Virus record (IMG/VR): IMGVR_UViG_3300004463_000226
Span: 124,001 to 188,000 of that record
Length of the DNA stretch: 64,000 nt
Reading direction: 5' to 3' (one strand)
Within the stretch, counting starts at the first letter, position 1. Each line of letters begins with the position of its first letter. Shown one piece after another: positions 54,618 to 63,630 of the stretch. The position numbers and the translations under genes were made by a program. A model generated the notes under the pieces. That model did not search any database and was not told where the DNA came from. It was given only the letters and a program-made list of their open reading frames with translations.

Positions 54618-57278
54618 CTATGCAGCAAATATAATATTTGTATTTCTGTAGTTATCGATATTCTTATCAGATGTCATAATGATATCTACAGGATAGTTAT
54701 CAAACATGTTATTGTGTGTAATCAAGAATACTTGCTCAGCTCCAATAGCTTCAAGCTGTTCTTCTAAAATATTCAAGAATTGCTCACGTTTCTTAGTATC
54801 TAATGTAGCATCAATTTCATCTAGTAGCATGATATTATAATCCTTAATGGATTGCTCTATTAATGCAAATGACAGTGCCATAGATAAGAAGCTTTCTTCT
54901 CCTTGGGAACAGAATGAAACGTCTTCAATAATAATACCGTTTTTAGTATATGGTATTCTAAACTCCTTCTCATTGATGATAAACTCACCGACTTCTAACT
55001 CTCCACTATATACAGTGTCTAATAGTTGATTTACCATCATTCTTGAATTACGTAAATATAGCTGCATGAATAGTAATGGAATACCTTTATTAGAAGAAAG
55101 TGCTTCTTTAATGATATTAATATCTTCGAACTTATCTTCTAAGTCAATACGTTCTTCATTTAGAGAATTAAATTCTCTCAACCTAAACTTAATATTATTA
55201 ATATCAGTTTCCATACGTTCAATATCTCTGTCAACTTCAGTTAGTCTATTTTGTTTTTCACGACGTATAGTTACTAACTCGGATACATGGTCTTCAGTCC
55301 GTTTCATCTTGTCTAATTCAGTATATATGACTTGGGACTCATCTAGTTGATTTTGGATTTCTTCACTATAATCCTTAAATGATTTTAATCGTTCTAATAG
55401 ATCTTCCAATCCCTCGTTACGATTAGTTAGTAACTTATTGTCTTCTCTAAGCTTATCTAGGTCAGTTGATACTTTATAGATTTCAACATCTAAGGATTCC
55501 AATTCTTTCTGAATACCTGCAAAAGAGTTACTATTTTTCTCAATGAATATCTTCTCATGTAGAACTTCTTTAATCTTAGAATCTAACTCTTTATATTCTT
55601 CATAATCTTCTAGAAGAGAAATATAGTTAGTTATATACTCTTCATCAAAGAATGGTGTAAACGATTTAATGCTAGTTAGAATATGCTTAACATCAAAGAA
55701 GTTCTCAGGCATTTTCTCAGCAAGACTCTTATAAGACTTAATGAGTAATAAGATATACTCTACCTTCTTAGCAATATTAGGGAATGATAAGAAGAAGTCT
55801 CTTTTTGTCTCTAAACTCTTTAATTCTGACTGAATGTCAACCTTATCATCAATAGTTCTTCCAGTAGCATCTTCATAATACTCCTGAAAAGGACAATTGC
55901 AGTTACATGTATCTGGTTTAAATAAGATATATAGTTTATTGGGGTCAATATTAGAAGTTTGTGCCTGGATAGATAGTGAACGGTTTAATCTAGATATCTT
56001 ATCCTCAATCTTAGATAATTCCTTTCTAGCAACCCATTCTACACTTTGACCATTTATGAAATGTCCCAACACATTATCTACAGCATTGGTATCAAACTCA
56101 TAGATATCACTAACAAACTTTTCTATTTCCTGTAATACTCCTAAAGCTGTTAACATTTCATCTCTTGTACACTTAGGAGTAAATGATTTGAAGCGTTTCT
56201 CAAATTTCTCTCTATCCCTATGTAATTGTAGATAGAGGTCATTCAATCTACTATATTCTAAATCCGATGCAATATACTTTAAACTATCTTCTTTCTCTTT
56301 CTTTTGCTCATGTAAACTATTTAACTGATTAAAATAAAACTCCATCATGTTTTTATTCACAATAATTTGGTTTGAGTTAGAAGATATTTGTTGCTCTGTT
56401 TCTTTAATAGACTTATCAACATTTCCCATGATGATAACATCGAACTTCTTAAGTTTAGACTTCTTACCCTCTATCTCGCTAGTAATTCTCTTATACTCAG
56501 AGTGCTTTAATCTGATTTCAGCAATAAAACAATCTAAACCATCATGAACTAATATATTGATAGATCCATCAATTCTTCCGATTTCACTATTAATAGTGTC
56601 ACGTATCTCTTTGTTTAACTTAAGCTGTGCTTCTAGTTCAGATAGATGTTTAAGCTCTTCTTTTTCATCGTATATTCGTAACTTGTCAATCTTGTCAGTT
56701 ACGGACTTCATTAATGATTTAAGTAAACGACTATCTTCATTTATCTTCTTATAAAACTTAGAATAAATATCAATATCACTTAATAATTTAGAAGCAAAAG
56801 TTTTACGTTCAGTTGCTTTAGATCTGATGAAGGTACTTACATTAGAACCTAAGCGTAGAAGCTTAAGATATTCAGGAGCAACACCTAATTCCATATTAAC
56901 AACTTCTAGGAATGAGTTGACATTTCCATTAGGATTCATCTCAGCACCATTCTTAGATATATAACTCTTCATACCTTTATTTGCTTTAAATAGATAGAAG
57001 TGCTTTATTATATATACATCTTCACCGTTCTGTATATGAAGTTCTTTATATCCATCTTGTTCTTCTATTATTAAGCCAGATGTATTTCGTACATCCATAT
57101 TACCTGGAGCAGCAAAAGGATGTAATAAACTTAATATGGCTGTTTTACCTGTACCATTATCACCTACAAATAGAACAACTCTATTCTTACATTTACGGAA
57201 ATCAATTTCTATTTCTCTACGTTTCATTCCAGTGAATATCGTAGCAAAATTCTTTGCTTTTAAGTATAGAAACTTCAT
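54618..57278 (-). CDS. SbcC/Rad50-like SMC ATPase
   Basis: Walker A GDNGTGKT, long coiled coils, central CNCNCP, signature CSQGE, Walker B LLDEIDATLD. Confidence 0.9.
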   Translation of the reverse strand: MKFLYLKAKNFATIFTGMKRREIEIDFRKCKNRVVLFVGDNGTGKTAILSLLHPFAAPGNMDVRNTSGLIIEEQDGYKELHIQNGEDVYIIKHFYLFKANKGMKSYISKNGAEMNPNGNVNSFLEVVNMELGVAPEYLKLLRLGSNVSTFIRSKATERKTFASKLLSDIDIYSKFYKKINEDSRLLKSLMKSVTDKIDKLRIYDEKEELKHLSELEAQLKLNKEIRDTINSEIGRIDGSINILVHDGLDCFIAEIRLKHSEYKRITSEIEGKKSKLKKFDVIIMGNVDKSIKETEQQISSNSNQIIVNKNMMEFYFNQLNSLHEQKKEKEDSLKYIASDLEYSRLNDLYLQLHRDREKFEKRFKSFTPKCTRDEMLTALGVLQEIEKFVSDIYEFDTNAVDNVLGHFINGQSVEWVARKELSKIEDKISRLNRSLSIQAQTSNIDPNKLYILFKPDTCNCNCPFQEYYEDATGRTIDDKVDIQSELKSLETKRDFFLSFPNIAKKVEYILLLIKSYKSLAEKMPENFFDVKHILTSIKSFTPFFDEEYITNYISLLEDYEEYKELDSKIKEVLHEKIFIEKNSNSFAGIQKELESLDVEIYKVSTDLDKLREDNKLLTNRNEGLEDLLERLKSFKDYSEEIQNQLDESQVIYTELDKMKRTEDHVSELVTIRREKQNRLTEVDRDIERMETDINNIKFRLREFNSLNEERIDLEDKFEDINIIKEALSSNKGIPLLFMQLYLRNSRMMVNQLLDTVYSGELEVGEFIINEKEFRIPYTKNGIIIEDVSFCSQGEESFLSMALSFALIEQSIKDYNIMLLDEIDATLDTKKREQFLNILEEQLEAIGAEQVFLITHNNMFDNYPVDIIMTSDKNIDNYRNTNIIFAA

Positions 57279-57305
57279 CTCTTATCTCCCTTATAAAAAA
57301 ATTTA

Positions 57306-57336
57306 AATACCCTTACAAGAATGTTGTAAGGGTATT
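57306..57336 (-). terminator. terminator containing late promoter
   Basis: aatacccttacaa-gaatg-ttgtaagggtatt. Confidence 0.75.
57314..57325 (-). promoter_or_regulatory. putative late promoter inside a hairpin
   Basis: AACATTCTTGTA ahead of SbcC-like gene. Confidence 0.6.
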
Positions 57337-57346
57337 CACAAAGTAA

Positions 57347-58015
57347 TCAGCCACGAGAACCGTACTTGTCGTTCATGTCTTTCATGATTTGCTCACGCAT
57401 ATTATTTTGTCCAGCTTCATAAGATCTTTCCATAAGCTTAAGAGCGAGATCAAATGTCATGGTAAATTCTTTTATCTTCAGCTTTTGTAAATCGCTATAT
57501 GTGTAACCGAGTTTAGATATGAGGAAGTACATCATTTCATTTATAGTTTGCTCTTTAGATTTTTGATTTTGTTTTTCAAGCTCGGCAATATTTTCAACCG
57601 CTTCTCCAACAACTTTATTCATATCTAACTCAGCAACTTTCTTCAACTCTTCCCATTTGATATTATCAGGGAAATCATGTTTTATTTTTTCGTCTACAAT
57701 ATCCTTGACAGTCTTGTATGTAGGTTTAAATACAATTTCACTTGGAATCTTAATACCTAACTTATGTGGATAAAATGCCTTGTTAAGTGTTACTGCAACA
57801 AGGTGCTGTAAACCTTCTTTAGAACTATATGGATTAAACTGAATGCTGGATAAAGTCCCAATAAAATCAATATATAACATTTGCTTATCTGTTTCAGATA
57901 CACACTCAATCTTGTCCCACAATTCTTTAATTTCAATATATACCATATTTGGAATCTCTTGATCTTTCACTAAGTTAATATCGCTATCTCTAAACTCTCT
58001 GAATGTTTTATACAT
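57347..58015 (-). CDS. hypothetical protein
   Basis: ORF with SD GGGAGAG. Confidence 0.75.
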   Translation of the reverse strand: MYKTFREFRDSDINLVKDQEIPNMVYIEIKELWDKIECVSETDKQMLYIDFIGTLSSIQFNPYSSKEGLQHLVAVTLNKAFYPHKLGIKIPSEIVFKPTYKTVKDIVDEKIKHDFPDNIKWEELKKVAELDMNKVVGEAVENIAELEKQNQKSKEQTINEMMYFLISKLGYTYSDLQKLKIKEFTMTFDLALKLMERSYEAGQNNMREQIMKDMNDKYGSRG

Positions 58016-58038
58016 ATTATTCTCTCCCTTTTATTAAA

Positions 58039-58057
58039 GGAGGAGTTTAACTCCTCC
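58039..58057 (-). terminator. hairpin terminator
   Basis: ggaggagt-tta-actcctcc. Confidence 0.6.
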
Positions 58058-58065
58058 ATATTTTT

Positions 58066-58728
58066 TTAAAAATCGTCGCTTGTAATGTCAATACGTTCTG
58101 GTAATGGACTTATCTTATCAGTACCAGCATCTTCAATGACCATCTTCCACTTTAGTCCTAGAATCTCGCACCAGCTATCAAAGTTAGTTACAGTCATCTT
58201 AGTTTCTTTATTCAATCCACTCTTCATATTATTGAGAGCGTATTGATTAGGAAACTTACTTTTATAATTCTTAAGATTAACCTGTTTGTCTAAGATAGCT
58301 TTCTTTACAGCATACTTAAGGAAATCATCTTCTTCCTTAAAGGTAGGCTTGAATATCTCTTGGTTATTATTAATAACCTCGATATCTTCAGGATCTAAGA
58401 AATCCTCCTTCTGTTCAAGGATATCATTGATTATCTTCTGAGTATCTAACTCAATGATGTTATGAATGCTATAATCAACTTTATCTGTAACAGTATTTGG
58501 TGGGACGAATTCATGCTCCCCGTGTATATTTAGATATATGCCTGGAAGCATTTCACTCGGTCTAAATTTCTCTTTCTTTCCTCGATAGATATATACATAA
58601 TCATTTAATATATACCCAAATCCCTTTCTTAATTTTTTACTTGCATGGTATCTCTCAACCTCATGAAAGCCTTCTTCTGTTGTTATGAATAGTCTACCAA
58701 TAAATACTCTAAAGGTATTTAATTCCAT
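58066..58728 (-). CDS. hypothetical protein, possible C-terminal HTH
   Basis: ORF with SD GAGGTG; C-terminal helical pattern. Confidence 0.75.
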   Translation of the reverse strand: MELNTFRVFIGRLFITTEEGFHEVERYHASKKLRKGFGYILNDYVYIYRGKKEKFRPSEMLPGIYLNIHGEHEFVPPNTVTDKVDYSIHNIIELDTQKIINDILEQKEDFLDPEDIEVINNNQEIFKPTFKEEDDFLKYAVKKAILDKQVNLKNYKSKFPNQYALNNMKSGLNKETKMTVTNFDSWCEILGLKWKMVIEDAGTDKISPLPERIDITSDDF

Positions 58729-58742
58729 TTTAAATTCACCTC

Positions 58743-59501
58743 TCAGGTAGTTGCCTTATCTTCTTTATTAGGCATATTGAAGAATTCTTCCTTCGTTACC
58801 GTTTTAGATAACGTTGACTTTGTTGTTCCTTTGTTTTCAAAATCAATATTCTTGAAGTTTTTACTAGGTTTATTGCCGACTACCGTTTGATTTATCTCTA
58901 CCTTCTTATTCACTAAGTTCAAGTATATATTTAGTAACTGACTAGAGTATACAAATAAGTTAACTTGACTAAGTGTATAATATATAGATTCAAATGCGTC
59001 TATTGGTAACTCAACATAATTATCTGTCTTATTTAGGTATAAAACCACCCCCTCATATTCATTATCTTCAGCATCATCATAAATAACAGCAGGTTGCATT
59101 ATCATTCTCTGATGTGTACCTATATTATATATCTTCTGAGTATATTTATCTCTTTCCTCAGAATACATAATAATCTTCTTATCTTTATTAATAGCAAATA
59201 TACCACCATCATATATTCCTTCTAGAATCTTCTTACATGATGCTATAACTTGGTATATATTCTTCTGATCAAGTATTACTGTTTTATCTTTTGACCAGTT
59301 ACCGTCTTTTAATTCTATGGTTATGAATGATTGTAAGTCTAGTTGAAATATACTCTCTCCATTATCCATAGTAAATATCTTATGAAAGTTCTCCTTTCTA
59401 CCATCACCTAACTCATTAAATAATTTAACATGAATTTTTAGATGTAAATTCTTTGTTGGTTGTAATAACATTGCTGTTATCTTCTTCATGTTCTCAACCA
59501 T
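58743..59501 (-). CDS. hypothetical protein
   Basis: ORF with SD GAGGTG. Confidence 0.75.
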   Translation of the reverse strand: MVENMKKITAMLLQPTKNLHLKIHVKLFNELGDGRKENFHKIFTMDNGESIFQLDLQSFITIELKDGNWSKDKTVILDQKNIYQVIASCKKILEGIYDGGIFAINKDKKIIMYSEERDKYTQKIYNIGTHQRMIMQPAVIYDDAEDNEYEGVVLYLNKTDNYVELPIDAFESIYYTLSQVNLFVYSSQLLNIYLNLVNKKVEINQTVVGNKPSKNFKNIDFENKGTTKSTLSKTVTKEEFFNMPNKEDKATT

Positions 59502-59592
59502 TGATTCACCTCGATCCCATCATAAAAATAAGAGCACTGGTTCATAAACCCCAATGTTCTTATTTTATAGTTGACGCCTAAATTATAATTTA

Positions 59593-60294
59593 CTAGATAG
59601 CTTTTTTCTTACGAGAAACCTTATTAATAATTTTAATTAATTCTTTCTTTGACCTGACATCAATCAACATACCCGAATCTTTTTTAATGGTAATGCGTAA
59701 GAACTGTCCTATTAATACAGCCAATTCATCACCAAGTTTATCAAAATATCTCATCGCTAATTCTAGACAATCGGATTCAGTTTCATAATCACCCATTATC
59801 AATTTACCATTAACATACCTAGCATATGTATGGAAGTTTCCTTCATTGTAAAGATCAATATGATATAACTTCTGAACACATAACACTTCAATGGTTTTTG
59901 AAAGTATCGGTCTAGTTACATCTATAAAACCATTGTTTTCATACATTTTTATTATTTGTGAAATGTATATGTGAAGGCTTTCTGCCTCTAAATATTCTAT
60001 TACAGTCGATCCTCTCTTAGCGGCTGCCTGATAAGTTATAAAGGTACAATTAGTTGGTCTTGGCGATGATGCTGTTTTTAATACCTCTATAGGAATCCGT
60101 GTATCAATAAGTTCTGTACTTAATGTTCTACAATGGTCATTTATCTTCATAGCTACAACCTCTATGAAAGTTCTATAATCTTCTTTAATTTGCTTGTATT
60201 GTGATACCATGAAATGGTTTCTCCCCTCACATACATGATTATTATTGATTAAAAAGATATAATAGGGAAAGTCCCTATTATATCCAGTCGTCAT
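59593..60294 (-). CDS. hypothetical protein
   Basis: ORF overlapping end of RNAP beta gene. Confidence 0.75.
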   Translation of the reverse strand: MTTGYNRDFPYYIFLINNNHVCEGRNHFMVSQYKQIKEDYRTFIEVVAMKINDHCRTLSTELIDTRIPIEVLKTASSPRPTNCTFITYQAAAKRGSTVIEYLEAESLHIYISQIIKMYENNGFIDVTRPILSKTIEVLCVQKLYHIDLYNEGNFHTYARYVNGKLIMGDYETESDCLELAMRYFDKLGDELAVLIGQFLRITIKKDSGMLIDVRSKKELIKIINKVSRKKKAI

Positions 60295-61957
60295 CTCCGT
60301 TCATATTTAGCCTCACATACATCTTACTTGTGTCTTCAATCTCCCTTTGATGTAATGTCATGCCTGTCATGACATTTCTCATCTTAGCTTCCATGTTAAA
60401 CATATCCGAGATATTATTACATCCCGCATATACATCAACAATCATTTTATCTTTATTATCATTCTTATAATACTCCATAGCCTCACGTTGCATTTCAAAG
60501 ACACTATCCTCTGGTTCAAATGAATTATCGAAGTATAGACCGTCTGTTTTAGCAAATGGAGTTATTACCCCAGATGAACCTGGGTCTGATGTACCACAAA
60601 CGTTTATATCAATTAGTCCGATATAAGATGGGTGTATTCCCCGATACTTTACCGAAATATTGTTATCATTCTTCCCGCCTAGCGCGTTTGGTCCTTTAAG
60701 AGTAAATCTATACTTACTGTAGAAGTCCATATCATTGATTTTGTCATCAAATCTTAATAATCCAGATTTGTATAGCTGTTCCATGAGAACCATTCCTGGA
60801 AACTTAAAGATTTCTTTGACTTTATCAATTGTGACTTTATTACCTAAAGCAATAATACGATTTACCCTCTGACTAAACTCTTTTGTCAGAAGAGAAGCAA
60901 TGTATTCGTTACATCTTAGACGCTTATTAGTAAGGTCTAGATTATCTTTCTTTCTCAACTCATTGTAGTTCTGAATCATCCAACGGACAACTGAGTACAT
61001 GTTCTTTTTATTAGGTTCATGTAACTTCAGAATCTTCTTAGTTGTTTCATCCAGCATTCTATCAAAGAATGTTAATGTGTTGAGACCTTTCTCATAATAG
61101 TTATATGCATTGGTAGCATTCAAACTCCCGATTCGTTCTATCCAATACGTTCTATCTTCCAATAAGTCAAAAGATAAACGATTGGTAACGATGCTCAGGA
61201 TCATAAAAGCTAACGACTGCACATACGAGTATTTACTAAAGAAATACTTGTTAACCTCTAACATGATTTTACTGCTAATAGGGAAGTAGATATTGTTATC
61301 TTTATCCCTTTCCTCAGAAACAAATCTCATTGTTGTGTTAACTTCGAAATATTCAAGAGTCTTCTTAACTCCAATCTTAGCAAAGTAGAATAGGAGAATA
61401 TCTACAGGCTTCTTGAATATCATAATCATATATGCTGGAGCTGTATGTAACACTCCAGTTGTATCTTTAAATTCCTTAACATTTCTCTTGATAGAAACTG
61501 GCATTAAGGATTTAAGAGTTAAGTTCTGTCTTGTTGTATAAGTGGAAGCATCAACTAGCTGATATAACAAGAAATACTTCTTACCTTTGATTGTATAATA
61601 ACCGTTTTCATCTGGTACAGGTATAAGTAATTTCTTTTCAATATTGGCTTTCTCACCTTTACAGTTTAGTCGGAACTTTAATCTCAGTTCTGCATACCGA
61701 CTATCTTGCAGATACATGTACTTAATATCACTTTTCTTTTTAGTTTTACGTCGAGTTGTTATATAGTGATTGAGATCTATTTCTTTCTCATCATCAATAT
61801 AATCATATCCAGTGAACTCAACGTACTTTAGAACCTCTAAAGATTTACAACTTGCGACGATATGTTCAATCAAATCATCGTCATAGTCTCGATTCATGAG
61901 ACCAAAGTTCAAACGGTTTTCGTTGGGATTTAAATAGTCACCCAGAAACTCTCGCAT
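60278..61957 (-). CDS. non-virion RNA polymerase beta N-terminal subunit (AR9 gp105 / phiKZ gp123-like)
   Basis: GYYTIKGKKYFLLYQL, RFTLKGPNALG, HPSYIGLID...DPGSSG correspond to beta regions B and D. Confidence 0.88.
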   Translation of the reverse strand: MREFLGDYLNPNENRLNFGLMNRDYDDDLIEHIVASCKSLEVLKYVEFTGYDYIDDEKEIDLNHYITTRRKTKKKSDIKYMYLQDSRYAELRLKFRLNCKGEKANIEKKLLIPVPDENGYYTIKGKKYFLLYQLVDASTYTTRQNLTLKSLMPVSIKRNVKEFKDTTGVLHTAPAYMIMIFKKPVDILLFYFAKIGVKKTLEYFEVNTTMRFVSEERDKDNNIYFPISSKIMLEVNKYFFSKYSYVQSLAFMILSIVTNRLSFDLLEDRTYWIERIGSLNATNAYNYYEKGLNTLTFFDRMLDETTKKILKLHEPNKKNMYSVVRWMIQNYNELRKKDNLDLTNKRLRCNEYIASLLTKEFSQRVNRIIALGNKVTIDKVKEIFKFPGMVLMEQLYKSGLLRFDDKINDMDFYSKYRFTLKGPNALGGKNDNNISVKYRGIHPSYIGLIDINVCGTSDPGSSGVITPFAKTDGLYFDNSFEPEDSVFEMQREAMEYYKNDNKDKMIVDVYAGCNNISDMFNMEAKMRNVMTGMTLHQREIEDTSKMYVRLNMNGDDDWI

Positions 61958-62019
61958 CGGTCATCCCCCTAAATAGAAATTATATCTATCATTGGAAAAC
62001 ATATCGCTTCGTTTTCCTC

Positions 62020-62031
62020 TAAAAAGATGTT
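62020..62031 (-). promoter_or_regulatory. putative late promoter
   Basis: AACATCTTTTTA ahead of RNAP beta gene. Confidence 0.5.
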
Positions 62032-62064
62032 GGTAGACGAATAATAATCTATTCGTCTACCTAT

Positions 62065-62074
62065 ATAATATATC
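62065..62074 (-). promoter_or_regulatory. putative early promoter motif
   Basis: Ahead of nvRNAP beta gene. Confidence 0.7.
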
Positions 62075-62081
62075 ATCCAAT

Positions 62082-62270
62082 TTATTTTCTTTTTTCTATT
62101 TCATCGTAGAGGATATTAGCACATGAGGTTAAGTAGCTGTCTACATCCCCTCCATGACCACCGAGCAAACCTTCCATTTGAACTAATTGTCTAGCATGAT
62201 CTAATGCTCCTTGTAATTTGATTAGATTTACTAATTCATCATCAAATATATTCTTCATAGATTTTTCCAT
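62082..62270 (-). CDS. small hypothetical protein
   Basis: Start moved to MEKSMK (SD GGAGGG). Confidence 0.65.
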   Translation of the reverse strand: MEKSMKNIFDDELVNLIKLQGALDHARQLVQMEGLLGGHGGDVDSYLTSCANILYDEIEKRK

Positions 62271-62599
62271 TGTTTTTTCTTCCCTCCAAAGTGTTTTACT
62301 AACGCAACAGCCATTTCTTTCTTTCGGGTCATAGAAGATCTGCCCTCTATCTTTACATGAGTACATACAGCTGTAAGAACTTTATGAGAATAATATGCAA
62401 TATCTCCTGCGCTCTCACCACGTTGTACACGGTTCATAATAACATTAGACATACGTTCAGGATCAACAAACTCTTCCTCATCTAATAAACCTTTAATTGA
62501 TTTAGGTTCATCATCTCCATGTATTAGTAAACTTATTAAAGATTTTGTTTCACTATCTACCTTACGAATAAGTCCTGATTTCTTTTTCTTCTTTCCCAT
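62255..62599 (-). CDS. hypothetical protein
   Basis: ORF with SD GGGAG. Confidence 0.7.
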   Translation of the reverse strand: MGKKKKKSGLIRKVDSETKSLISLLIHGDDEPKSIKGLLDEEEFVDPERMSNVIMNRVQRGESAGDIAYYSHKVLTAVCTHVKIEGRSSMTRKKEMAVALVKHFGGKKKQWKNL

Positions 62600-62653
62600 A
62601 ACAATCTCCCTTAAACAAAAAAATTTAGTATTTGTAATTACAATATTTAAAAC

Positions 62654-62682
62654 CCGATGATACCCACAAAGGATATCATCGG
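62654..62682 (-). terminator. hairpin terminator
   Basis: ccgatgat...atcatcgg. Confidence 0.55.
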
Positions 62683-62689
62683 ATATGTA

Positions 62690-63133
62690 TTATTCCTGCT
62701 CTTTTGATTCAGCAATTGCTTCAGTGATTTCACCGACAGCACCTAAGTTATTTACTGGCTCTTCTACTTCACGTACATTAGATTCATTCATTTCTGGTTC
62801 CTCCATATCTACTTTAGTTTTAAGATTAAATACGATTGGTTCAATTGCTTTTAACTCTTGGCTTCTAATTTGCTGCCACATTTTTTCTGTAATACGAACA
62901 GCTGTTATAACATCTTCACCTTTACCTTTAGTGCGTTTAAACTCAATTGAATCACCAGTGTTTTTGATAGCTGTCTGAATAAATGCTAGTGCTATAGTCG
63001 CAATTGCTTCTGGGTGACTGATTAGAATATTATGCTTTTCTTCTAGAAACTTAGTAGCCTCTACACTGATATCGTAGATTAATTTTTCTCCCTGTAGAAC
63101 CTCATTAAGTTTAGCTGCATATTGATTTGACAT
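62690..63133 (-). CDS. hypothetical protein (tandem paralog A)
   Basis: Shares DSIEF, PIVF.L and NLGAVGEITEAI..KEQE with the neighbour. Confidence 0.8.
   Translation of the reverse strand: MSNQYAAKLNEVLQGEKLIYDISVEATKFLEEKHNILISHPEAIATIALAFIQTAIKNTGDSIEFKRTKGKGEDVITAVRITEKMWQQIRSQELKAIEPIVFNLKTKVDMEEPEMNESNVREVEEPVNNLGAVGEITEAIAESKEQE
62715..62746. repeat. 32-nt exact direct repeat, copy 1
   Basis: attgcttcagtgatttcaccgacagcacctaa also at 63210-63241. Confidence 0.9.
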
Positions 63134-63184
63134 TTTAATTTCCTCCGAATATAAGTAGAATTTTATTTTTTTGATTTGTATTAA

Positions 63185-63601
63185 TTACTCTTGCTCTTTT
63201 GCGTTAGAGATTGCTTCAGTGATTTCACCGACAGCACCTAAATTAGATACTTCTTCTTCAGCCTTAGGTTGATTACCTAATAGATCGAATACGATTGGAT
63301 CAAGCATTGTTGGTTCTTTCTTAATGAGCTGCTCACGAATTTCTTTGGACATGAATACTGCTGAAATTGTATCTTCAGGATTACTTCCATCAAGATCAGA
63401 ATCCTGTTCGCGGCGGAACTCAATTGAATCATCATCATTCTTAAGAACAGCTTCCATAAAACCTATAATCAATGTAGGTAATGCCTGATGTTGACTAACG
63501 GTTATACCGTATTTTTCTTCTAATATCTTAACAGCATCTTTGCTGTATTTTTCAAGCTCCTCAATTCCTTGAGTAACGTTTACTAATTTAACTTCTGTCA
63601 T
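63185..63601 (-). CDS. hypothetical protein (tandem paralog B)
   Basis: Start moved to MTEVKL (SD GGAGG); same motifs as paralog A. Confidence 0.8.
   Translation of the reverse strand: MTEVKLVNVTQGIEELEKYSKDAVKILEEKYGITVSQHQALPTLIIGFMEAVLKNDDDSIEFRREQDSDLDGSNPEDTISAVFMSKEIREQLIKKEPTMLDPIVFDLLGNQPKAEEEVSNLGAVGEITEAISNAKEQE
63210..63241. repeat. 32-nt exact direct repeat, copy 2
   Basis: Identical to 62715-62746. Confidence 0.9.
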
Positions 63602-63630
63602 TTTAATTTCCTCCAATAGATATAATTTTT

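Noticed and set aside
15-62978. Numerous short antisense/overlapping ORFs in the track (e.g. 916-1206, 12846-13442, 26778-27254, 45272-45862)
   Set aside because: Opposite-strand or alternate-frame shadows of well-supported genes; no SD, promoter or protein-like composition
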